From positions 1-54,921 of the forward strand of contig JAXDQU010000028.1 in assembly GCA_034667685.1 (NCBI GenBank): a DNA stretch of 54,921 bases, in the 5' to 3' direction. This DNA comes from Thermoplasmata archaeon (GTDB taxonomy: Archaea > Thermoplasmatota > SW-10-69-26 > JACQPN01 > JAJPHT01). Position numbers and translations under genes: made by a program. Shown here piece by piece: positions 17,401-26,651 of the stretch. Under the pieces are notes generated by a model. It saw nothing but the letters and a program-made list of their open reading frames with translations, made no database searches and was not told where the DNA came from. Numbering within the stretch: position 1 is the first letter of the stretch; each line of letters opens with the position of its first letter.

Positions 17401-18373
17401 CGGCCACGGCCCGCGCGTAGACCCAATCGTTGGTGCCCCCGGCGGCGAGCCCGAAGCTCCACGTTCCAGATGGCGCCGCGAAGCCGCGCGTGTCCCACGC
17501 CTCCGTGCCGTTGGTGAACGTGGGCGACCACGAGGCGCCGCCCGGCCCGCCGACCACGAGGCTTCCGCGCGTCCCGCCCGCCGAGACGACGAGGCCGTCG
17601 TACTTCGCCGGCACGTCGAACGTCTGCGCGCCCGTGGGCGGCGCGACCGGCGGCGCGACGGGAAGCGTGCCGGGCCCCACTTCGACGTCGGGGCCGCGCT
17701 CCGCCCAGACCCACTTCGATGCGATGCCCACGCGTGCGAGGCCAAGCTCGACGAACGTCGCGTTGCGGACGCGCCAGTCCATCGAGGTCAGGTAGCCCAC
17801 CGAGGGCGCGTAGGCGTACGTGACGCTCGCGTGGTCGGTGGCGCCCGACATCGTCCAGCCGGCCCGCGTCGCGCGCGCCGTCACGGTCAGGTTGCCCGTG
17901 AACGTCCACGTCTTGCCCTCCTCCAAGGGAAAGTCGAAGAGCCTCACGGCGTCCTCCGTGGGGTTCAGCCCGAGCGACTGCGGCCCGTGCGTGAAGCGGC
18001 CCCACGCCAGCGGCTCCAGGACGTCGTCCGCCGTCGCGCCCGCGAAAAGATAGCCCGTGGCGTTCTTCGACGCGACGACGATGGTGATCTCCGTCCGGCT
18101 GTCGTAGCGCGTCTTCGCGTGGTAGGTCCACGAGCGGCCGACGGGGAGGTCGGGAGCCGCGGAGGAGACGACCTCGACGCCATCGCATCCTCCCACTTTC
18201 ATGCACGTGGTTGTGCCGCGTGGATCGCAGCATGGCAGCCTCCCGCAGGCCGCGGCCTCCGGCACGCACATGACCTTCGGCGTCCGTGCCGGCGTTGGCG
18301 GCGCCGGATCTGACGTGCCGACGCAGCCCGCGGGAATCGAGAGGACCAGGACCAGAAGCCAGACGCCTCGCAC
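17381..18373 (-). CDS. Lipoprotein with Cys-knot-like segment
   Basis: Signal VRGVWLLVLVLSIPAG-C; beta-rich mature region. GTG start inferred. Confidence 0.7.
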   Translation of the reverse strand: MRGVWLLVLVLSIPAGCVGTSDPAPPTPARTPKVMCVPEAAACGRLPCCDPRGTTTCMKVGGCDGVEVVSSAAPDLPVGRSWTYHAKTRYDSRTEITIVVASKNATGYLFAGATADDVLEPLAWGRFTHGPQSLGLNPTEDAVRLFDFPLEEGKTWTFTGNLTVTARATRAGWTMSGATDHASVTYAYAPSVGYLTSMDWRVRNATFVELGLARVGIASKWVWAERGPDVEVGPGTLPVAPPVAPPTGAQTFDVPAKYDGLVVSAGGTRGSLVVGGPGGASWSPTFTNGTEAWDTRGFAAPSGTWSFGLAAGGTNDWVYARAVAVKWIRG

Positions 18374-18539
18374 GCGGCCATCGTCCGCATCGCGGGCCAC
18401 GTCGTCTCCGGTGGCCGCCTCGCACCGTTGCACGACATCGCGAGGCCGCGTCCCGCGCCAACCGTTTCCGGAGGGACGGCGTCGCGGCTTCGACGATCGG
18501 GCCAAAGCTCCTTAGCGCGCGGCACCACGAACGGCGCGC

Positions 18540-20120
18540 ATGAGCGGAGCGAGCGGCAACGAGCGGATGTCGTACTGGATCGACACCGTGCCCGCGGACC
18601 AGATCATGGCGCCGCGGCTCGACGTGGACGAGCGCGCGGACGTCGCGGTGATCGGCGGCGGGATCGCGGGGCTCACCACGGCGTACCTGCTCGCCAAGGC
18701 CGGGAAGGACGTCGTGCTGCTCGACAAGGCGCCCTTCGCGATGGCCGAGACGGGGCACACGACGGCGCACCTGCAGATCGTGTGCGACACGCGCCTCGCG
18801 GACCTCGTGCCGGCGTTCGGGCTCGACGGCGCGCGCAAGGTCTGGGACTCGCAGATGGAGGCGGTGCGTCTCATCGAGCAGATCGCGCAGGACGAGGGCA
18901 TCGCGTGCGACCTGGAGCGCCTCGACGCCTTCCTTTACACGGACCGCGACGACGAGCGCAAGCTGCTCCAGGAGGAGCTTCGCCTGACGAAGCGCATCGG
19001 GTACGAGGCCGAGTGGGCCGAGCCGGACGACGTGCCTTTCCCCGCGAAGCACGTGCTGCGCTTCCCGCACCAGGGCAAGTTCCACGTGCGCAAGTACCTG
19101 CGCGGGCTCGCGGTGGCGGCGCGGAAGCGCGGCGCGCGGCTCTACGCCGACACGGAGGTCTCCGAGGTCAAGGAAGGGCGCAAGGCGAGGGTCGAGACGC
19201 GCGGCGGGCCGGACGTGCGGGCCAGGCACGTCGTCCACGCGACCAACGTGCCGCTCTGGGGCAACGAGCTGTTCCACGTCCGCGTCGAGCCGTACCGCAC
19301 CTACGTCATCGGCGCGCGCGTGCCGAAAGGCGTCTTCGACGACGCGCTCTACTGGGACACGCGCGACCCGTACCACTACGCGCGCGTCGAGCCCGCCGGC
19401 GAAGGGGCGGACCTCGTGATCCTGGGCGGCGAGGATCATGCCGTGGGCGACGAGGAGGCCACCGACCTGCATTGGGGCAAGCTGTACGAGCACCTGCGCA
19501 AGGCGACGGACCGGTTCACGCCGGTCTACCAGTGGTCGGGCGAGATCTTCGAGACGGACGACGACCTTCCCTACATCGGCCGCGCGTGGGGCCGGCGCAA
19601 GAACGAATGGGTCATCGCGGGAGACTCCGGCACGGGCATGACGAACGGCACCATCGGCGCGCTCATGGTCAGCGAGCGCATCCTCGGACGCGGCACGCCC
19701 TGGGACGAGCTTTATGATAGCACGCGCCCGGCGGACACGGACCGCGGCGCCCTCAGCACCGTGGCGCACAAGGCGCTCCGCGACACGCAGCGGCTCGGCC
19801 GCCTCGCGTGGAAGCGCAGCGAGATCGACGACGTGGCGGAGCTGGTGCCCGGCCAGGGCGCGATCCTCAAGCAGGGCCTCAAGCCCGTCGCCGTCGCGCG
19901 CCTGGAGAACGGCGACCTGCGCGCCCTGAGCGCCATCTGCACGCACGCCGGATGCATGGTCAAGTGGAACCACGGCGAGGGCTCGTGGGACTGCCAATGC
20001 CACGGCTCACGCTTCAGCCCCGAGGGCGCGGTGCTGCACGGGCCGGCGAACAAGGCGCTGCCGGAGGTCGACCTGAACGGCATCCTGGAGCGGCGCGGGG
20101 AAAAGGCCCACGAGCAGTAG
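18540..20120 (+). CDS. FAD-dependent oxidoreductase with C-terminal Rieske domain (YhfW-like)
   Basis: VIGGGIAG, TGHTTAHL; Rieske CTHAGC...WDCQCHGSRF. Confidence 0.93.
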   Translation: MSGASGNERMSYWIDTVPADQIMAPRLDVDERADVAVIGGGIAGLTTAYLLAKAGKDVVLLDKAPFAMAETGHTTAHLQIVCDTRLADLVPAFGLDGARKVWDSQMEAVRLIEQIAQDEGIACDLERLDAFLYTDRDDERKLLQEELRLTKRIGYEAEWAEPDDVPFPAKHVLRFPHQGKFHVRKYLRGLAVAARKRGARLYADTEVSEVKEGRKARVETRGGPDVRARHVVHATNVPLWGNELFHVRVEPYRTYVIGARVPKGVFDDALYWDTRDPYHYARVEPAGEGADLVILGGEDHAVGDEEATDLHWGKLYEHLRKATDRFTPVYQWSGEIFETDDDLPYIGRAWGRRKNEWVIAGDSGTGMTNGTIGALMVSERILGRGTPWDELYDSTRPADTDRGALSTVAHKALRDTQRLGRLAWKRSEIDDVAELVPGQGAILKQGLKPVAVARLENGDLRALSAICTHAGCMVKWNHGEGSWDCQCHGSRFSPEGAVLHGPANKALPEVDLNGILERRGEKAHEQ

Positions 20121-20164
20121 GCGCGAAGACGACGTCGGGGGCGGCCGCCCCGAGCGCCCGCTTC

Positions 20165-21124
20165 TCACCAGTTCTTCTCGGTGTTGATCGGCACGTGCGG
20201 CGCGTGCTCGTGCAGCCAGCGCTCCACGTCGATCGCCGCCTTGCAGCCGGAGCCCGCGGCGGTGATGGCCTGGCGGTAACGCTGGTCGAACACGTCGCCC
20301 GCGACGAAGACGCCCTCGACGCTCGTGCGCGTCTCCAGCGGCCCGTGCGTGCGGATGTACCCCTTCTCGTCGATGTCGAGCTGGCCCTTCAGGAACTCGG
20401 TGTTGGGGACGTGGCCGATGGCGAGGAAGAAGCCCTGCACCGCGAGCTTGCTGGTGCTGCCGGTCTTGACGTTGCGGAGCGCCAGCGCCTCGACGGTCTT
20501 CTCGCCCAGCACGTCCTCGACGGTCGTGTCGTAGACGACCTCGACCTTCGGGTTCGAGAGCACGCGCTCCTGCATGATCTTGGACGCGCGGAATTCCCCG
20601 CGCCGGTGGATGAGGTAGACCTTGCTGGCGAACTTCGTGAGGAAGCTCGTCTCCTCCATCGCGGTGTCGCCGCCGCCCACGACGGCGATCTCCTTGTTCT
20701 TGAAGAAGAAGCCGTCGCACGTCGCGCAGGCGCTCACGCCGTGGCCGCGCAGGCGCGTCTCGTTGGCGAGGCCGAGCCACTTGGCGCTGGCGCCCGTCGC
20801 GACGATGACCGTCTGCGCCTCGATCACGTCCTCCTCCACGAAGAGCTTGAAGGGGCGGCGCGAGAAGTCCACGCGCGTGACGTTCTTGTCGATGAACTTG
20901 GTCCCGAAGCGCTCCGCCTGCTTGCGGAACTTCTCCATCAGCTCGGGGCCCTGGATGCCGTCGGGGAAGCCAGGGTAGTTCTCGACCTCGGTGGTGATCA
21001 TGAGCTGGCCGCCCGCCTCGTACCCCGCGATGACGAGCGGGTCGAGGTTCGCGCGCGCGGCATAGAGGGCGGCCGTGAGGCCCGCAGGCCCGGAGCCGAT
21101 GATCACGACCTTGTGGACCGACAT
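20165..21124 (-). CDS. trxB: Thioredoxin reductase
   Basis: IIGSGPAG, GVSACATCDG, VGGGDTAMEE, AGDV, QAITAAGSG. Confidence 0.96.
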   Translation of the reverse strand: MSVHKVVIIGSGPAGLTAALYAARANLDPLVIAGYEAGGQLMITTEVENYPGFPDGIQGPELMEKFRKQAERFGTKFIDKNVTRVDFSRRPFKLFVEEDVIEAQTVIVATGASAKWLGLANETRLRGHGVSACATCDGFFFKNKEIAVVGGGDTAMEETSFLTKFASKVYLIHRRGEFRASKIMQERVLSNPKVEVVYDTTVEDVLGEKTVEALALRNVKTGSTSKLAVQGFFLAIGHVPNTEFLKGQLDIDEKGYIRTHGPLETRTSVEGVFVAGDVFDQRYRQAITAAGSGCKAAIDVERWLHEHAPHVPINTEKNW

Positions 21125-21207
21125 CGAACGGGCAAGGACGGCTCCGGTTTTTGAGCCTTCGCCCCGTACCGGCAACGGGGCCGCACGGGGCGCGGCTTCT
21201 CCTGGAA

Positions 21208-21582
21208 TCAGAGGAGCGGGTTGCCGCAGGCCTCGCACTCGCCGCAGACCCAGTGGCCGTGGAGCGGGTCGGTCTCGACGCCGATCCACGCCCAGCCGTC
21301 GTTGCAGGGCGCGCACATCGCGTAGCCGACGCAGACGGGCACCGTGACGGTCGGATTCGGGGGCGGGCAGAGGTCGCCGCACGTGATGACGCGGGCCGGG
21401 CTGTCGAAGCAGGCGGGGACCATCTCGGAGACGGAGACGCACACGTCGTGGCCGCCGTAGCAGGAGGGCGCGTTCTGGCCCGCGACGCAGACGCCCACGG
21501 GGACGGTCATGGCGCTGGCGACGCCGGCGAAGGTGAAGGAGACGCAGAGGAGCGAGAGCGCGGCGAGGACGGTCTTGAGCAT
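21208..21582 (-). CDS. Small secreted Cys-rich protein
   Basis: Signal peptide ending ASA; 12 Cys in about 100 mature residues. Confidence 0.75.
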   Translation of the reverse strand: MLKTVLAALSLLCVSFTFAGVASAMTVPVGVCVAGQNAPSCYGGHDVCVSVSEMVPACFDSPARVITCGDLCPPPNPTVTVPVCVGYAMCAPCNDGWAWIGVETDPLHGHWVCGECEACGNPLL

Positions 21583-21697
21583 GGGGGTTGTGCCTCGGCG
21601 TTGCCACGATCGGTCAGGATGAAGCGATGCCGGCGCCGCAGCGGACGAGGTGCGACCTCCGGAGGAGGGTTAAGCCACCCTCGCCCGTCCCACGCTC

Positions 21698-23605
21698 GTG
21701 TGGCGCGCGCTCCTGCTGCTGGTCCTCCTCGCTCCCGGCGCCGCGGCGTGGAGCGTGACGCTGCGCGCGCCCCCGGCCGCCGCGGCCGGGCTGCCCTACC
21801 TCGTGGAGGCGTGCGTCGACGTGCCCGGCGAGCTTCGGCTGGAGCCCGGCCGCTACGCCCCGTTCGCCGGCTGCGGCGCGCTCGTCGCCACCGGCGGCAG
21901 CCTGACCGCGCGGCTACGCCCGGTGGGCGGCGCGGCGAAGGCGACGGCCCGCGCCAGCGTGGCGCTCCTCGACACGCCCCTTGCCGAGGTCGCGGCGCGC
22001 GGCAACCTCACCTTGCTCGACGCGAACGGCTCCGAGCTGCTGCGTCTGCCGCCGCCATTCGTGCCGCTCCTCCCCGATGCGGTGGCGTGGCGCGACGACG
22101 CGGGCGAGCACGCGATGCCGCCACCCGACGCGCCCGTGCTCGTCGCGGCGCGCGGGCCGCCCTTCTCGGGCGCGCTGCTGCGCAACGACGGCGCGGCGCC
22201 GCTGCGGCTCGCGGGGCGCACGCTGGGCGGCGCGCCCCTTCCGGACGCCACGCTCGCGCCGGGCGAGAGCGTCTTCCTGGGCGCGGCGGCGCCGCCCGAC
22301 GCGCGTTGGATCGCGTGGAAGGCGCCGCGCGCCGGGACGTGGACGCTCCAGGCCGCGCAGCGCGTCGAGGGCTCGCTCGACGCCACGCGCCCCGAGAAGG
22401 TCGGACGCACGAACGTCTCGGCCGAGCCCTTCGCGCTCGCGGGGAACGTGACGCTCTTCGCGACGCCCGACGCGGGCGCGGCGCCGGTGGTCGCGCTGCT
22501 CGACGGCGCGCGCCGCGAGGTGCTGCTCGAAGGCTACACGATGACGAGCCCGGACGTGGCGGCGGCGCTCGCGCGGGCGCTGGCGCGGGGCGTCACGGTA
22601 CGCGCGCTGCTCGACGGCTCGCCCGTGGGGGGACGGCCCGCGACGGAGGGCGGGATCGTGGCGGCGCTCATGGCGCGCGGCGCGGACGTCTCGTTTCTCT
22701 CCGGCATGCGCTACGCGACGCTCCACGCCAAGGCGATCGTCGTCGACCGCGAGCGCGCGCTCGTCTCGACCGACAACTTCCACGTGGGCTCCTACCCCGC
22801 GACGCCGGGGGCGGGCGACACGCGCGGCTTCGGCGTCGGGCTCGACGATCCCGCGTTCGCGCAGCGCCTCGCGGCGATGATGGACGCGGACATGGCGGCG
22901 TGGCCCGACGTGCAGCCCGCGGAGGGCGCGGAGCCCAGGGACGTCACGCCGGGCCTTGCGCAGGAAGGCCCGACGTTCGCGGCGCATGCTTCATCGGCCA
23001 CCCTCGCCGTCTCGCCCGACGACGGCCTGGACGCCGTGCTCGGGATGCTCCGCGGAGCGCGCTCGCGCGTCGACGTCGAGATCCTCTTCGCCGACGCGCG
23101 CTTCGGGAATCGGACGAGCCCGCTCCTCGACGCGCTCGTGGACACCGCGCGGCGCAACGTCAGCGTGCGCCTGCTGCTCGACGGGCGCGACGACGCCGCG
23201 CGCAACGCGCCGGTGGCCGAGGCGCTCGGCGCGCTCGCGGCGCGGGAGGGGCTGCCGCTCGTGGCGCGCGTGGACGCGAGCGGCCGCGTGCTCCACGCCA
23301 AGGCGATCGTGGCCGACGACGCGATCTACGTGGGCAGCATGAACTGGGGGCGCGCGAGCGCGACGGAGAACCGCGAGGTCGGCGTCATCCTCTGGAACGC
23401 GACGGAGGGCGCGGCGTGGATGCGCGCGCGGATGGAGCGCGACTGGGCGCCTCCGGCGACGAAGGCCGTGCCGGGCGCGCCCGCGCTGCTCGCGCCGCTG
23501 CTTGCGGTCAGCCTGACGTGGGCGCGAGGTGCAGCACGACGTGGTAGTCGGCCGTGGCGAGGGGGACCACGCCCTGCACGTAGCTCATGCCCAGGACGAG
23601 GTTGA
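21698..23605 (+). CDS. Secreted phospholipase D-superfamily protein (two HKD motifs)
   Basis: Signal peptide; HAKAIVVD...STDN and HAKAIVAD...GSMN, NREVG. Confidence 0.88.
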   Translation: MWRALLLLVLLAPGAAAWSVTLRAPPAAAAGLPYLVEACVDVPGELRLEPGRYAPFAGCGALVATGGSLTARLRPVGGAAKATARASVALLDTPLAEVAARGNLTLLDANGSELLRLPPPFVPLLPDAVAWRDDAGEHAMPPPDAPVLVAARGPPFSGALLRNDGAAPLRLAGRTLGGAPLPDATLAPGESVFLGAAAPPDARWIAWKAPRAGTWTLQAAQRVEGSLDATRPEKVGRTNVSAEPFALAGNVTLFATPDAGAAPVVALLDGARREVLLEGYTMTSPDVAAALARALARGVTVRALLDGSPVGGRPATEGGIVAALMARGADVSFLSGMRYATLHAKAIVVDRERALVSTDNFHVGSYPATPGAGDTRGFGVGLDDPAFAQRLAAMMDADMAAWPDVQPAEGAEPRDVTPGLAQEGPTFAAHASSATLAVSPDDGLDAVLGMLRGARSRVDVEILFADARFGNRTSPLLDALVDTARRNVSVRLLLDGRDDAARNAPVAEALGALAAREGLPLVARVDASGRVLHAKAIVADDAIYVGSMNWGRASATENREVGVILWNATEGAAWMRARMERDWAPPATKAVPGAPALLAPLLAVSLTWARGAARRGSRPWRGGPRPARSSCPGRG

Positions 23606-24584
23606 AGTCGCCCGCGGGCACGCCGCGCAGCGTCCACGAGTACGACCGCTGGAGGTCGGTCGCGCTGACGCCGCCGCTGGAGAGGACCTTCGTCCCCTGC
23701 ATGATGGCCCACGAGATGTCCCGGGCGTCTCCCCCGAGGGTGGCGCTGAGGTTGAGCGTGCCGCGCGTCGGGGCGTCGCTGTGGAAGGGGAACGTCTTGC
23801 TGCTCTCCGAGGGGGTGAGCGTGCCGTTCGCGTCGAGGTGGATGGGGCGCGGCGCGGCGCGGACGCTCGCGGGCTTCTCGGGGGTGGGCGGCGCGGCGGG
23901 CACGCTCATGGCGCCCTGCCAGGCGTAGTGGGAGAGGTCGCGCACGCCGGTCACCTCGCCGCTGGTCTGGTTGACGAGGGCCACGACGTTCATGCCCTCG
24001 GAGCTGGCCAGGAGCGTCCAGCCCGGGACGTCGGTCTCGCCCAGCGCCAAGACGAGGGTCGCGTTGTCGCCCTGGGCCGCCTCGGCGAAGGTCCCGTTCT
24101 CCAGCGCGGCGCGCACGGCGCGGTCCGAGTCCACGGACCAGTCGCCCAGGGGCTCCGCGTTCGCGGCCGCGCCGCCGCGGTAGGACTGGTAGGCCGCCGC
24201 GTAGCCGCCCATGTAGGACCCGTACTCGTCCATGGCCTGCGTCTCGTTCTTGAGGACGATCGTGCCGTCGGCGCTGGCGTCGACGTAGCGCAGGTCGCTG
24301 GCGTTGTTGACGAAGGCGTAGGTCCACTGCACGGCCAGGCCATTGGCCACGGCGGGGTCGGCGGGGACCTCGGCGTTCTCGTCCGCCGTCTCGGCCGCGG
24401 CGATGGCGACGAGCCGGGCCGTGGGGTCCCACGACTTCGCGGCGTGCGTGGCGGCGGCGAGGTTCGCCCGCGCGGTGACCTCCGAGGCGCCCGCGTTCTC
24501 GAAGTGGGGCTGCTGCATGCAGCCGCTCAGCGCAAGCGCGAGGAAGAGGGCCGCCGGAAGGGCGACGCGCAGCCTGCCGTCCAT
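23508..24584 (-). CDS. Hypothetical lipoprotein
   Basis: Lipobox LALSG-C; TTATAG on the minus strand about 26 nt upstream. Confidence 0.8.
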   Translation of the reverse strand: MDGRLRVALPAALFLALALSGCMQQPHFENAGASEVTARANLAAATHAAKSWDPTARLVAIAAAETADENAEVPADPAVANGLAVQWTYAFVNNASDLRYVDASADGTIVLKNETQAMDEYGSYMGGYAAAYQSYRGGAAANAEPLGDWSVDSDRAVRAALENGTFAEAAQGDNATLVLALGETDVPGWTLLASSEGMNVVALVNQTSGEVTGVRDLSHYAWQGAMSVPAAPPTPEKPASVRAAPRPIHLDANGTLTPSESSKTFPFHSDAPTRGTLNLSATLGGDARDISWAIMQGTKVLSSGGVSATDLQRSYSWTLRGVPAGDFNLVLGMSYVQGVVPLATADYHVVLHLAPTSG

Positions 24585-24701
24585 GGCGGGCCAAGCCCTG
24601 GCGTGGGGCTATAATCTTGTTGGCGCCACCGTTGAGATGATCCGGGGGCCGGAGGGCGCCGGAGCATGGGTAGAAGAGGGGGGCGCGGGAGAGCCCTCCG
24701 C

Positions 24702-25916
24702 GTGGCGGCGCCCCTGAGCCTTTTCGCCCTGGTAGGCGGAGCCCTGGCCGCCGGCTACGTCGGGCATCTCCTCTTCCAGAGGACGCGCCTCTCGGACGTC
24801 TCCTTCCTTCTCCTGGTGGGCCTGGCCCTGGGCCCGCTCTTTCACCTGGTCGACACCGGCCCGCTGGCCGCCGCGATGCCCTTCCTCTCGCCGCTCGCGC
24901 TGGTCATCGTCCTCTTCGAGGGGGGCCTGGAGCTGGCGTGGGCCGACATCAAGCAGCACGCGCCGGTCGCCCTCCGCATGGGGCTCCTGGTCTGGGCGCT
25001 CACGGGCTCTGCGGCGGGGCTCGCGGCCTGGCTGACCCTCGGCCTCTCGCCCGGCCTGGCCCTGCTCTTCGGCTTCGCCGTGGCCGCCACGGGCATGCTC
25101 GTCGTGGTGCCGCTCCTCGCGCAGCTCCAGGCGCCCTCGGACGCGCGCGTCATCCTCACCGTCGAGACGAGCCTGGGCGACCTGCTCAGCGCCGTCGTCG
25201 TCACCACCGCCGCGGCCATGATCGTCGCGGGCGGCACGCTGGCGCAGGGGGCGGGCCTGCTCGCGGTCCGCTTCGCCGTCGACGGGTCGGTCGGGCTGCT
25301 CGCCGGCATCGCGTGGGCCCGCGCGCTCCACTGGCTCAAGCCGGCGCGTTACGCCTACGCGTTCACCCTCGCGGCGCTGCTGCTCACCTACGCCATCGGC
25401 GTGCGCCTGGGCGGGAGCGGCTACCTCGCGGCGCTCGTCTTCGGCCTCTTCCTGGGCAACGCGCGCACGCTGGTCAAGCTGGGCGGGATCCGCGACCTCG
25501 CCCCCCTGCCCCACGAGCAGCGCGGCCTGGGCAGCGAGCTGATCTTCCTGCTGCGCAGCGTCTACTTCGTCTTCCTGGGCATGTCGGTGCCGCGCAGCCT
25601 GCTCACGCCGCACTACGCGCTGGCCGCCCTCGCGCTCGTCGCCGCGCTGCTCGTCGCGCGCGCGATCGGCGTCTGGGCCACCGCGCGCCGCTCCCCCTCG
25701 CGCGGGCTGCTGCTGGCCATGATGCCGCGCGGCCTCGCCACCGCCGTCATCGCCTCGCTGCCCGCCGCGATGGGCGTGCCCGGCACCGCGGCGTTCCCGG
25801 CCTACGTGTTCCTCGTGATCGTGGGCGCGGACCTCGCCACCAGCGCGATGCTCGTGCCGATCACGCGCCGCGCCGCGCGCCAGGCGGAGGCCGCCGCGCC
25901 GGCCACGGCGCGCTGA
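24702..25916 (+). CDS. Cation:proton antiporter (CPA1/NhaP-like)
   Basis: About 12 TM; LFEGGLEL, ETSLGD, MPRGLATAV. Start 24702 or 24666. Confidence 0.9.
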   Translation: MAAPLSLFALVGGALAAGYVGHLLFQRTRLSDVSFLLLVGLALGPLFHLVDTGPLAAAMPFLSPLALVIVLFEGGLELAWADIKQHAPVALRMGLLVWALTGSAAGLAAWLTLGLSPGLALLFGFAVAATGMLVVVPLLAQLQAPSDARVILTVETSLGDLLSAVVVTTAAAMIVAGGTLAQGAGLLAVRFAVDGSVGLLAGIAWARALHWLKPARYAYAFTLAALLLTYAIGVRLGGSGYLAALVFGLFLGNARTLVKLGGIRDLAPLPHEQRGLGSELIFLLRSVYFVFLGMSVPRSLLTPHYALAALALVAALLVARAIGVWATARRSPSRGLLLAMMPRGLATAVIASLPAAMGVPGTAAFPAYVFLVIVGADLATSAMLVPITRRAARQAEAAAPATAR

Positions 25917-25975
25917 GGCGGGAACGTCCGCGAGACTGCGGGGTTCATGCAGCCCGCGACGCTCTTGGGAGCGGC

Positions 25976-26218
25976 ATGCCCCTCGATCCGATCAAGCGCA
26001 TCACGTGGCAGGAGCAGAACTGCCTCGCCTGCATGTGGTTCCGCCCCTACGACCCGATCAACGCCGACCTCCTGGAGCGTGGCGACTGCGTCCACAAGGA
26101 CCTCAAGAAGTTCAACCTCGTCGTCTCGGGCCGCGACTGGTGCAATGCGTTTGACGAGGTCACGCAGAAGCAGATCGACGCCATGCAGGCGAAGGCCATG
26201 GCGGCGGAGCCGGGTTAG
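25976..26218 (+). CDS. Small 4-Cys protein, HiPIP/BssC-like
   Basis: CLAC-x18-C (GDCV)-x17-C (WCNAF); no signal peptide. Confidence 0.7.
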   Translation: MPLDPIKRITWQEQNCLACMWFRPYDPINADLLERGDCVHKDLKKFNLVVSGRDWCNAFDEVTQKQIDAMQAKAMAAEPG

Positions 26219-26278
26219 AGCCTGTTCCATGACCTCCTCCATCAGCTGCGAGGTCTTTCTTTTCATCTTCCGCGTGGC

Positions 26279-26356
26279 GCTTCCGTTTTCTGCCATCACG
26301 CCAAGACGCCAGCACGCCGCGTGCTGGCGTCTTGGCGTGATGGCGGAAAACGAAGC
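26279..26356. repeat. Palindrome built from 8-nt ACGCCAnn units
   Basis: 34-bp arms with 1 mismatch; GCCATCAC GCCAAGAC GCCAGCAC. Confidence 0.9.
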
Positions 26357-26371
26357 CCGGCCAGAGGCGTA

Positions 26372-26574
26372 GGGCGTAACCACAGGAGCGAATCCTGCGT
26401 GGGTGATGATATCAGGATCGGGGGCAGGCGCCGCGCATCCGGACGGCTCGCGCGCCCGCCGGGCGGTTCCTCCACCGTGGGTGGGCCAAGCCTGGCGCCG
26501 ATCCGGCGTATTCATACCACGGAGGGCCATCAGGAGTTTGTCACGCGCGCTCCGCCCACCCCCCCATTTTTTTT
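26372..26574 (+). ncRNA. Candidate ~190-nt multibranched structured RNA ending in a T8 tract
   Basis: Nested stems GGGCG/CGCCC, CAGGA/TCCTG, CGTGG/CCACG, GGATCGG/CCGATCC, CAGGC/GCCTG, CCACC/GGTGG. Strand not certain. Confidence 0.45.
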
Positions 26575-26651
26575 CGTCGGGGTTCTCTGCTCGCCTGCCC
26601 GGAGACCACGACGATGCGCGCACTTGTTATCGCCCGTATGGAGCCCTGAAG

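Noticed and set aside
17355-20003. 882-aa minus-strand ORF
   Set aside because: Antisense of the FAD/Rieske gene plus an off-frame read of the lipoprotein; high-GC artefact.
26372-26574. SRP RNA, RNase P RNA or tRNA
   Set aside because: The 3' GCCCACC recalls archaeal SRP, but the helix-8 GGAA/AGCAG motif is absent; the RNase P GAGGAAA and P4 pairing are not satisfied; no cloverleaf.
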